From: Balanoglossus misakiensis
Lineage: Eukaryota; Animalia; Hemichordata
Assembly: GCA_040954595.2 (NCBI GenBank)
Contig: CM082585.2
Location: 9,474,564 to 9,538,563, forward strand
Length of the DNA: 64,000 nucleotides
Direction of reading: 5' to 3'
Part shown: positions 12,101 through 32,222 of the stretch, in pieces
How the letters are laid out: each line of letters begins with the position of its first letter
How positions within the stretch are numbered: the stretch's first letter is position 1
Notes under the pieces: model-generated
Database searches by the model: none
The model's input: only the letters and a program-made list of their open reading frames with translations
Told to the model about the DNA's origin: nothing
Position numbers and translations under genes: made by a program

Positions 12101-14742
12101 CGACAAAACAGGGTAGGCAATCACCATGCTGGCCGCTCTGCAAAGTCAGCGCCCTTTTAAACTCCCCAGTCACTCGGGCAAGCACCCCGCGTTTATAGTC
12201 TGCTCTGCATGAAAAGGGAGCTGACCCTGCTTAAGATTTTACAATGCGTTGGTTTTCACGTATGCTGTAGTGCAGCACAAAAGATCCCTTTCATTGTAGA
12301 CAGCTTGGCAATGCCACTACAAAAATGCATAACCTAAATTACCATTCCGGGAGGTCTTTAAACTCTCTTTGACATAGCTTTGCAGCACACCAGCAAGTGG
12401 AATTAACCACACTGTAAAAAGTCTCTGTGGCAACTTTTGCTTGATGTCCTTTTGGTCGACACTCAGGCCGTGAGTTCAATTCACGGTCACTCCGGACACG
12501 GTCAACGGACTGTCCTGGTTAAAATTACACGTCGCGAACTTTTGAAGAGGCATGCGTTCTATTTAGGCCTATATGCATAGTTTCGTAGCGGCGTCATGGT
12601 GCATAGCGGATGACCACCGTCCAAGAATTGGCCATGGTTTCTCATAAATTCGTACAAACACTCGTACTTTCGTGGAATTATTCCCTCCCCCTTTTATGAT
12701 TTATCGCCCACGCCAACCAATCTGCCCACCACCACTATTCCGACACCGCCTACACCCGTTTTCCCCGTAAGAATGCGTCTGGACGATAATTGGTGTAACC
12801 CCAACATCATTGACAGAGAGCAAAATTATATAGGTGTGGATAACCTTGGGATTTCCACAACTCTCTTTTCAGTAAACCAACTACATGTATTTTCACATGC
12901 CTTGCAGATAAATGTAAAATGTTTATTCGGCTCCACCTGTCTCTTCGGTATATCACATTTCTAACAGCGCTGGCCTTGTTTATTTTGTGGACCTTGCAGA
13001 TAAACATAAAAGGGTTTGGTCGACGATAATAGCTACAAACAACTCAAAGCCAATTTACAGTTTGATGCAGTGTACGAACTGTGCTGTGATGCTCTCGGTC
13101 TAATAACGACATGATGGTGACCTCAGCATATAAACATACAGGATACAATATATAAATGGAACATTGGAAGAACCCGTAAAAAGTAAATGCCGATGACAAT
13201 AGACACCGTTTCAAGGTCCCAGTGTACCGGCTATACAGGGCATACTTGCCCATAGAAGGACAGAGGAATTTTAAAAGAGGTGGGATGGGGCAAGATTGGA
13301 AACAGTGGACTAGACCCACTACGACAGGGAGGCAATTTCCGGCATTTGACCTGCCTCTACTGGGATTCAACCATGAAGTTTTCAATGTCAAATGAAAACT
13401 ATTATAACTTATCATTGACGATATCAACGCAGGCTAGTATATGCGCTACCATGCACGACCCAGATCTCCCATTATTCTATTAAGAGAGTTGGAATTCCAA
13501 TCCTACTGGTACATATTATGACTGACATCACAGATGTACTCAGTGGTTGGGAGGGGTCACAAAGTACCAGTATGCCAGATGTTTACTGAATGTGTCCACA
13601 GACGGATAGAGAGACACACAGTCAGAAGTACATTACTGTGATAATAACTGTCGTGTGTGAACACGGGAGCTGTATAACCGAGAAGTGAAAAAAAGTCATC
13701 ATTATCTATGGTGACCCGTTCTCTACCACTGAGTAGATTCTTTGGCTTGTTCGAATGCATCATTGAATGCCAGTATATTAATAACATTAGATACGTGTGT
13801 CCATTAAAACTACTGACCCGGAATAAGATATTTTTGATATTTAATGTTAGCTGGTATATTTTTGGTTCAGCTGTCCCATAGCCTGGACTTAATGCCCCAT
13901 CACCGTTGTAAGTGCTGATAACAGAAACTGCCCGCCTTGCAAGGTTAATTGCCTTGGTCAGCCCCATTCGGCAACGTCTGTCTGTTCGTCATTGTTGTAA
14001 TTCAGAGCCAATTTCCTCTGATTGTCTTGATAATTACAGTAATGCTCCTCGGTGTCGTTTTAATTGCGTTTTCCCGGAATTTTTATTGCAATTCGAATTC
14101 CATACATAACTTATGCGGTGTGTTTACTGATAAAGAGTTTAATTCGTACGAAATGTGCTGCGTTCGAGTAAATGTACATGTATTCGACTTGCCAAGGGAA
14201 CAATATTATGAGAAATAGCAGAAATGCATACTTATTGAAACAATTGAACACGTCTCTCACGAATACGGTAATTATTGAGAGCGTTACGTAACACAGAATT
14301 TCACGAAAATTTACCTAAAATAAAACGTGTGAATTCCGCCATTTGCCTGCCACATTTTGACACTGTTGACTAAAATACTTGATTTTATTCATGGGTGATA
14401 CAAATAAGCAATGCTGGGTGTGTTCGACAAGGATGACGAGCCAGAACGATTTCCACCCTCGCAAGAAAAGGGAATTTGTTGCCGTGAAGGGAATAGTGCG
14501 TTTAAGACAGTTAGCTGTTATCGTTTCGCACAGCCGTCATTTAAATTTTGAAACTGAGCAAAGAGCCATGCCATCAATTGTATTATAAAGTTTATATCTG
14601 ACCAAAGACAGGAAACGGACTTACAGGTCAAGGCGCCTGTCTCCGTTACAGTGTGATGTTGGAAAGTAAAGTTTTATGTTTACACTACTTCCTCGATCTT
14701 GCTCGTGTTTTGACTTCCAGAGTTCAGTGAACATAAGTCACC

Positions 14743-16495
14743 ATGGGGAAATCACAGTCGAAAAGCAAAAGTCGCTCCAGCGGAGGAGAGGTCACCACCT
14801 ACTCTGAGAGGACGATGGTTACCAAGACAACCAGAACCACAACAGTGACCAACGCAGATGGCACAACCTCCACGCGGGTTGTGACTGAAACTAACTACGA
14901 CGGTAAGTAATGGAATCAATTTCCGTGGAACTAATTCTTATATATGGACCAAGTCCGAACGTATGCAATGCTCAATACAGTATACAACAATGGACAAATC
15001 ATTACATTCGACTCTGCTTTCGCCAACTGTAGGTGATGGAGGGAAACCCCGCAAAGGAGTTAGAAAATTTTTCTCCAAAAAGAAAAGCGACAAAGGACCG
15101 AAAGTAAAGAAGGAGAAGAAACGCAAGGAACCCAGAGGAGGCGCCACCATCGTCAAAGATGTAAAACCAGGTCGGTATATACCAAAAGATTTGTCAATGG
15201 AGTAGATTGGTGGCAATATTCATATAGCGCCGACTGACGCAATATTGAGAATGTAGAGCAGATTAATTGTTGTTGTTTATGTTTATATTTATGTTTATGT
15301 TCCTTGCAGATTCGGCGTTTTTGAAAAACCTACGACAGGACATGCTGAAGTACCACAACAAGTTGCGCAGTAAACACGGTTCTCCCTCGTTGAAACTGGA
15401 CAACGGCCTGAACAAAGTGGCCCAAGACTGGGCTGAGCAGATGGCCAAGTCGGACAGGTTTGGACATCGGCCAAACAACAAGAACGGGGAAAATATTTAC
15501 TACGCTATGAACTCACGGGGACTTGGCACGCTGACAGGTGAGCTGTATATCAGTTACAGTGTGTATGTGAAAAGTGCCCGTTTTCTGTTCCACAATGCAT
15601 TGCGTCCTACCAATGGTGTCGCCTGGGCAACAGTCAAGCTGTACATCCTTAAGTTCACAATGTCACTGTCGATACATTAGCACATCTGGCAATCACAAAT
15701 TTTTGCTTCGATGACGTAGTGGATGGCAGGGCAACGAGAGAAGCAACATTGCTCTACGCTGATCTGAAATACCGAACTGTTGAAGATGTGATTTGTGTAA
15801 ATATTCGGTTTCCAATCATGAACTCCGAGATGGTCTTGTAGATCCTCCACGATGGTATGTCTGACAGCAAATTAACCACACACGCCTTCCCTCTAACTGT
15901 TTTAAATTCCAGGCGAAGGAGTGGTCCAGTCTTGGTACGACGAGATCAAAAAGTACAATTTTAGCAGAGGAGGATTCAGTTCAGGGACAGGTAAATATCA
16001 AAACAGGCCGACGGATCGTTCTGTGTTGTTCCCCGTGGCGCGCATCACTACGGCGCAGACAACCGATGCGCTTCTTCGAAAGCCGCGAGCGAGGTGCAGT
16101 TAGCTCTAGTCTACTAAGAATTATGCTATAACTACTTACTTACTTGTATTGTATTGTATTCATCAGGCTTTCATCCATCTTACAGGTTGACAGGAAACCT
16201 TGTGGTAGTTTAATAAGTCGAATTTCCACATCTTCTGTAACGAAAAGTTGAACAGTTGAATTTTAATCAGCTCAGTGGAATTTATAAGAAAAAACGACGC
16301 TGGCAATAACTTCCCCGCTTTTTTCTTTTTCCCCTAGGCCACTTTACTCAGGTAGTATGGAAAGCATCAACAAATCTCGGCGTGGGATTCGCACCGAGCA
16401 AGAACAAGGCCAACACCTGGTACGTGGTCGCCAATTACAACCCAGCGGGAAACGTACAAGGACAGTACGATCAAAATGTCAAGCCCGGAAAGTAG
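14743..16495 (+). CDS. GAPR-1/GLIPR2-like CAP (SCP/TAPS) domain protein with a myristoylation motif and extended N-terminus, 5 coding exons, 253 aa
   Basis: Exons 14743-14902, 15033-15170, 15310-15537, 15913-15990 and 16338-16495 (762 nt, in phase). Start MGKSQS; CAP motifs HNKLRSKHGSPSL, AQDWAE, GENIY, VQSWYDEIKKYNF, TGHFTQVVWKAS and VVANYNPAGN. No signal peptide and no Cys, as in the GAPR-1 subfamily. Confidence 0.92.
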
Positions 16496-18418
16496 AGAAA
16501 GAAAACGAAACGCGCGTCAGACATGATGTCAGTTCAAAATTACCTATCACCTGAAATGGAACATTATCATAACAGGAATACGTTTGTGAAGACTATGTAG
16601 ACGCAATTCTCCAAATTTAAACAACTTTTTTTATCCGACAAATCATTTACATGGTATTATTTTACAGACACCACTCATCCACGGCATTCGTACAGTGACA
16701 CTTCAAAATTGATTTTTTTTCTAAGAACGTATCACGAACGGTATCACGTAAAGCACAAAAGACGCAGTTTTAAGAATTTATAAACTTTGTAGTACTATAT
16801 TTCCAGTGGGTATTAGAGCTTACTGAGAATGAAATCAAACGTTTTCATTCAGAAATGAAATTACTTTTAATGAATAGATGTTATAAACTTATGTCTTCGA
16901 TGTTATAATGCAATAAAGTTAGTGAATAATTAAAGCTGCGGTTTTTCTTCCTTGATTATTCCTTCAAGATCTCTTTGACTGTAAAAATTGTCGGCTCCGG
17001 GGGTCCTCGATATCATAAACTGCCAAATTACCAGAAACTTTTCAAGTGATTTTTGTGTACATGTAAATACCGAGTACGCAAGAACGTATACCTCCTTAAA
17101 ATTCTGACACTCTATAGCTAAGCTGATACACCCCAAAACTCTTCCAAAATGATGATTTAAGCAAGTGCCAACACTTGATTTGGCGATTACCTGTATTAAT
17201 ACCCGGCGGTGCTGTCGAGGCAGACATTTTGCTTGCGTGAAGACGGCACACACGCGAAACAACTTGCATGCTGGTTGTGATACACTGATTAACACACGTG
17301 TATACGTGGAGTGGTTGACTGGCAGCTACATGAAGTGTCCGTTTCGTTTCGTTGTTAATGACAGGTCCAACAACACGTAACGCTTGATAAAACAGCTTCT
17401 AAGCGTAAGACATGGCGACAGCAAGATTTGGAATACAGGCCTTAGGTAGTGCGTGGTTTTGCTGTTAGTTTTCCTATTGAGATGTTAATTCTTGGTCACA
17501 ACTACGACCTCGAAGCTGATTGGTGCGCACAATGCATACAAGAGGTGCAACTCTGTCAATATGCAAATTCATTGCATAATTCATTAGACCTGGCATCCAC
17601 TCAAGTTAATATTCAAATACTTCCTTGACCAACAGACAATAAAAATCCAACAAAAATTATCTGAGCAGCAGGGCATTTATTAAAAACTCTAATTAAACAT
17701 TGGTACATATGCTTTTCAAACTTTTAACAGTTCATAAAATATACAAGGAACTTAAAGTAATTGGAGCGTAAAACTTCACCATTTACAATTCAAAACTCAC
17801 ATTAAAAATACTTATAGTTGAATAATATTTTACTCAGGAACGGAGGATATATTTGAGTAATTTAATTGGCAGAGTTATATACTGTAAAGACATTATTTTA
17901 ATAAATTGCAGATTTGTTGTCAGACCAACTGAAATATACATCTGCAGTCAAGACAGGTATCTGAATTTGCTCAATTTTACTGACACTCACAAAATTATCT
18001 TCCTTGTGTAGTACTGAACCTTAAAACCACAGATACCATAGATATAAATATTTTCATCTATTTCCAATTTCTAAAAGCTACCAAATATACAAATAAGGAG
18101 GTCGCTGATGTAAAATCAGTTCAAAGAAGCATTCTGTGGTTGTCTGATTTGAAAGTTTTACTCCATAATTTAGATTGAAATGCAACCTTTTCAGTCATAC
18201 TTTCTTCTATTTCTTTATGATTGTTTTTACAAGATTTCACATTATTGAAATAAAACATGCAAGAAGTCTTTGAGACAATATTTTGCACTGACACCGGTAT
18301 TGAAGTCTTATCGTGTACTCTCTTTTTTTGAAGTAGTCCGTGACCATTGTCGAAAAGATCTTAATAAAGTCAAAATATACAAATGCAGAATTCTGTAAAT
18401 TTTCAAAAAGGTTGCATG

Positions 18419-26689
<8,271 letters not shown>

Positions 26690-27213
26690 CTCTGACAGCG
26701 TCTCTGGTAACCCTGAATAATTATTTTTGAACTTTGACCTCAGGTTGACCCAACCCCGTTGGTGCATGGTAGTTAGAGTTGCCGTTGGCGGCAGCATTGG
26801 ATTTGATTAATGGCGCATTCCGCGTGTTGAATATTAATTAAAGCTTCAACGCGCAACGTGGACAACATTTATTCTGTCTATCTGTCTATCTCCTAATATA
26901 GTTCAGGTGACAATCTGTCTCTCTCTCCCCCCTCTCTCTTGTCTATCTTATATCTCACACATTACACTATAGACATATTATTCATGGTGACCATGGTTAC
27001 AGTTCCTCCATTCAATGTATCAAGCTTTAGCTAGCAACAGACATCATATAAAATCTTTGCTCCATTGGCACAACACGGCTCAAGGCAGGCATGAGGGTAA
27101 TTCTAATTGTTAAAAATTAGTTTCTTGTCATGGCCATTCTAGACTTCCACATCATGATAATGTAGATTACTGTTTTAACTGTCATTTTGTTTCTTGTAGT
27201 GTCAGTTCTGAAA
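26690..27213. promoter_or_regulatory. Putative bidirectional promoter for ANKRD42 and PIGZ with X-box-like sites
   Basis: The divergent ATGs are about 525 bp apart. A near-palindromic GTGACCATGGTTAC lies at 26987-27000 and a weaker GTTGCCGTTGGCGGC near 26779. Confidence 0.5.
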
Positions 27214-29174
27214 ATGGACACCTTGTGGCTTGTCCTTGCAGCAGTTCGTGTTCTGTGGACACTGCTGCCTCAGACTGGATTTGTGTATCCAGATGAATTC
27301 TTCCAGAATCCTGAAGTGATGGCAGGTGAGACTCAAGATAGCACTCCAGATGATACAACATACTCACACTCACAGTTACTTGAAAGTCGGCTGACACATG
27401 TAACTTCACATCCAACCGAAACAACCATTTTGATTGGCTAATTCATATATTAAAAGACAACTAATTGACTGCTAGCTTTTGCTTGAGTTTAAATTAGCTG
27501 TGTTGTTTTACATGCATTGAATAATGTATTGATTTTTGTTGTCACTTTGCAGGGAACATCTTTGGATTTGAAGTCTACATTCCATGGGAATACCACAATG
27601 TGTTTCCATGTCGGAATGTCGTCTTCCCTTTCCTGACAAGTGGAATTCCATTCTTAATCCTGAAGACCATAAGACTGTTCTTCCCGAGCATCGTGACCAC
27701 GTACACACTACTTGTCTTCCCGAGAATATGCATGCTAATCTTGTCGTTCATCATCGACTACTGTGTATACAAATCCTGCAAAATTCTGAATCTCAATCCA
27801 AAAACGTCTCTAGCCATTCTAGCCAGCTCTTTCATTACACTGGTGTTTCACTGTCGCACCTTATCAAATACAATCGAGTCAATTCTATTTGCGGTCCTGC
27901 TTACAACTGTACTGACAGTCAGATCAAAGTTTACAGTTTGTGAAAATACTGACAGGTCTGATGAAGACTTGTCATCCATAGTCAGAAAAAGTTCAGCTGT
28001 ATTAGCAGCCATAGTCGTGTTTGGATTTTTCAACAGACCAACTTTTCTACTTTTTGCTGTGTGGCCACTTTTCTATATCCTCTGTGTCATTGTCAAAAGG
28101 TCCTCTACATTGATTGTACACAATCTGATGCCACCAGTACTGGTATCTGCTGTTTCGGCCTGCATCTGCGTTGTTGCAGATTGCTTATATTTTGAGTCGG
28201 GGTTGTTGTTCGCGCTGTTGTACGGCGCTGATTTCACTTCGCTGGGTGACATTTTAAGCAATTTGGTATTCACGCCCCTTAACTTCATCGCATACAACGC
28301 TGACAAGAACAACTTACTCGAGCACGGTATTAACAGTCATTACACTCATCTCCTTGTCAACATTCCGATTCTGTTTCTCCCGATCGCACTTAGTTTATTA
28401 TCCAACATGCTTCACTCTTTTAGACATTCAGGTTTATCCCTGAAGATTGACAGAATTGTCGTTTTTCTTGTGCTGTGTGTGGCTACACCTGTTGCCCTGC
28501 TGTCAATAATTCCACACCAAGAGACAAGGTTTTTGATACCGACCCTCATTCCCATGTGTATCTTGTTTTCCAAAGTGAATCACAATGTCTCTAGATTCTT
28601 TAAAATCGCTTGGATCCTCTGGAATTTGATTGGCTGCCTTGGTTTCGGTACCCTCCACGAAGGCGGGCTCGTCCAATCCGTTGACTACGCCAGAACGTTG
28701 TCAATGCAAAACAATGCAAGCATATACGATTTCGTCTTCTATCACACCCACACTCCACCAAAACACTTATTTGCATATAACCCCTTGGAAGCAAATCAGA
28801 ACACAGGAATGGATCACATGACAGGGCAATCAACCAATCAGATGGTCAGGTCTCCCGTGATGGTCCACAGCATACCACATTTAAACGAATCATTCCTTCA
28901 TCTAACTCTAGACCGACTGACCAGCCAGCACCTCCCAGGCGAACCATATGCAATCTACCTGATTGCCCCGGCAACACTGGAACACCAATTCTGCACACCA
29001 AACCAAAATTATAAATTAAGTCTGCAACACAGATTTCCCCTCCATTTTCCTTTTTTGGATTTTCCTGATTTCACTGACAATGTCAAGTGCGAGGGAAATC
29101 TTAACCAGTCGATATCTTTGACTTCTATCTTTGACAAATTCTACCTGAATCTTTACAAGATTAATCCACCGTGA
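27214..29174 (+). CDS. PIGZ: GPI alpha-1,2-mannosyltransferase 4 (SMP3/PIG-Z, GT22 family), 2 coding exons, 577 aa
   Basis: Exons 27214-27325 and 27553-29174. Motifs [47 protein letters not shown] and [15 protein letters not shown], plus many hydrophobic transmembrane segments. Confidence 0.94.
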
Positions 29175-29407
29175 TAAATGCCATTGTATCAGTGGTCACC
29201 AAAGTCTTTTAGAAAGACACTTTCAGTCAATTAAATGTAACTTTTTGAAAGTTCGTACTGAAATAAAATCTTGAATAGAACACTTCAAATCTGATGTGCA
29301 TTTTATTATACAAAATAAAACAAGCAGGTTCCGATCATCTACAGTGCTTCAAATAGGCTGCCAAATGTCCGTGGCAGAACCTATTGGACGCCATAATAAA
29401 ACAATCA

Positions 29408-31590
29408 TCAAAGTAACCACAAATCTTTCACATTGTCTATCACGGCCTGTCCATCCTCTTTGTTCAACATGAAATATCCTTGAATCTGAGCAATGCTGAC
29501 CGGTTTGTCATGTGACATCACAGCCTGGGCGAACATGTGGCCGTGGGATTCTGGGTAATCCGGGTAGAATCTGGCATACATTTGGGTGAGTTGACTTTCT
29601 GAGGCGTAGCCTATGAGTTCTTTCATGTCAACACGGCCTGGTCGGATTAAGGCCGAGTCCAATCTGAAAAGAAAAAAAAAATGCACACAAATATTGTAGT
29701 TTTTTTTGACACTATTGTAATTAGTGTTTGAACAGTGTAAAGTTATATTTTGTCTCACTTTGACTAATCACTGATGTTAGGCATGTATGCTGTACAATTA
29801 GAGTCAATCTGTTACCCTTTTACAAACTACCTACCTGTCCAAGTAATTGGTTGTCATGAAAACGATCCTTGCTTCTGTAGATGCTACGCCATCCAGCGCA
29901 TTCAGCAAGCCACTGAATGTCAGTCGTCCCATTCCTTGATATTTGGCTGAAGGGGAAAAAATCAAACACCTGTTTTGATTTGTATTTAGACAACCAAGTA
30001 CCATCTGTAAAACCTGGAATGTAATTTACTTGAATGTACTGGACTGCTCTTACCATCTTGACTGATGTCTCTGCTCATGAACGCGGCATCTACATCTTCC
30101 AGGAGTATGATGCTCTGCTGGGGGGCCACACTCATCAGATGGTTCAGTCTGTCATCGGACAGGCCCTTGTCGCTTAGATTCAACACGCATATACTATACT
30201 CCAGCGCACCTGCCAGGGCCATACTGGAAACAAACAGGAATGCACTCATTAATGTGTGTTACTCCCACAGCAGGCTGTTAATGTGGCTAACAGCTTGAAG
30301 CAAAAGTGAGGAAAATTACATGTACTTACATATAACTACTCTTGCCACACCCAGGTGGGCCATGCAACAAATACCCTCTTCTGTATGGTATTCCTGCAAA
30401 ATGCATATATTGTTATCATTGCACTGGATCACAGAGATTGGAATCCTACAGTATCAGAGACTTGTCGTGATCATGTATTGTGGTGTAATATTAAATCAAA
30501 TTTGTAAATCATAAAATATACAAATCTCAGGACAACTCAATAGAAAACTAGCCTCAACTTGCTTCACTGCATAAATGTTAGCTGTACATACCTCTATCGC
30601 TGTACCACTTGGGATCAGTGATGAAACTTCTGACATCAGCAAGGATTCTGTCAGATATACCGACATCTAATATCACTGAACTAAGGGGTCTCCTCTTTCT
30701 GGGATATCCGAACTGTCTCCATTCAGCTCCCATAGGGATGTACATGATTGTTTTACCTTCTTGTCTCTGCAGTGCTAACACCTTTGCTGAAATAGGGTAA
30801 AGGTTTACAGATAATGAGTTGTTGTAATGTGTAATTGGGCAAAGTTTGGTCATGGCATATACATGCACCTGTATATTGGTTAGCATTGGCGACAGTTGAA
30901 GCACTTTGCATTCTTATGTCAACTCAAAGGTTTATGAAATGTCTCACCATGGTCAAGTATTTCAAAGAAAATTTCTCTTCTTCTCCCAACAGTTGTCAAC
31001 TGGACAGTCTCAAAAGGTGCACCATGTTGAAAATCAACCATCTGCTTTTCACGATTTCTTTCAACTCTGATAAAATAATTCTTGTACCTGAAAAAATGAA
31101 AAAGTCTATATATTTAAAATTCAATGAAAACGATACTCTGATTACAAATTTGAAAATATGATTATGATGTAGAGCTAGAGTAGTTATTTTCCTAACTGTA
31201 GCTCAGCAGAGGTCAGTCGCTTGGCGACCATTGTTCCCATAGCAACTGTTTTGTAAAGTTTTATTCTTACCAGAAGAAGTGGGTGCCCGGGCTGGGAACA
31301 AAATCAAATTCTGTCTTTATATTCCCACCCTCTGTTTGTTGGAATGTTGTTTCAACACTCAAATGCTGTGTCTTGTTCGCGTGCGATGAAATCCACTGCA
31401 GTAACCATTGGTAACTCTTATCCTTGCTGGCGACTTCCAGCGTCATCATGTAATGTCTCCTAAAAGCAACCATGCCAAACTGACTTGCCCTGCGCGCTAC
31501 GGCTAGAGCGGCTCCAACACCGACCAAGCCAAAGCCAGCACCAAAGTATGGATTGTCTTTTAAAGAAGAAATAAAGTCGGCCAAAGGCAT
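29408..31590 (-). CDS. BCS1L: Mitochondrial chaperone BCS1 (AAA ATPase), 7 coding exons, 418 aa
   Basis: Exons 31271-31590, 30948-31087, 30592-30786, 30330-30393, 30054-30223, 29835-29946 and 29408-29663. Motifs [17 protein letters not shown], Walker [10 protein letters not shown], Walker [27 protein letters not shown] and [10 protein letters not shown]. Confidence 0.97.
31216..31246. promoter_or_regulatory. Tandem RFX X-box-like motifs in the first coding intron of BCS1L
   Basis: GTCGCTTGGCGAC (31216-31228) and GTTCCCATAGCAAC (31233-31246), 4 bp apart. Both resemble the RFX X-box palindrome. Confidence 0.45.
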
Positions 31591-32222
31591 GTCTTTGCTC
31601 GAGTTGGTTCACACTCACACAGTCAATATTCACACAGCTAGGCGCAGGTAGACCTCAATGGTCGCAGCGTTTGGAGGTTTCTTCACCAAACTCACTCGGG
31701 AAAACATTTAGAAAACATACAGTTTTGAAACAAAAATACCACCTCGCCTCGCTGGCAAAAGATCGTCTTTTAGATGCTCGAAACTTTCGTTACCAGATTA
31801 TTTTATCTACGAAAGCGTGTTTTCATGGGGGCAGCCATGATAATTAGGTCAAAGTTTATGGGTCATAAGTTAAATTAACACAGAGCGAATATATCTCGAT
31901 TTTACAGTCCGACTTTGCGCGTTAATTGTTACATATTTTAATATTTTTACACATTTAATCTTAAGTATTCCTTTTCTAAAACGGAAGACTCTTTTGTCAG
32001 AAAAAATGAAACGTCCCTCTGATGACAAAACCTTTTCGGCAATCTTCGGCAGTCATAGACACTTTCCCCGAACGTGCGTGCCGAACGTGGGTTGGGTCGC
32101 TAATATAAATAACATAGGAAGTCCCGCACAGACGCGCTGGTGCAATCGTACATGCACGTACGTGGATACAAGGTCAATTTCAGTGTCAGGCGATCGTTGA
32201 CAGCGCCGGAAAGTGAAAGAAA

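Noticed and set aside
13044-13967. ORFs of 67-136 aa with coding-like composition between the nitrobindin and GAPR-1-like genes
   Set aside because: I recognised no motif or consistent splice structure. It may be a decayed transposon, but I cannot support that without a search.
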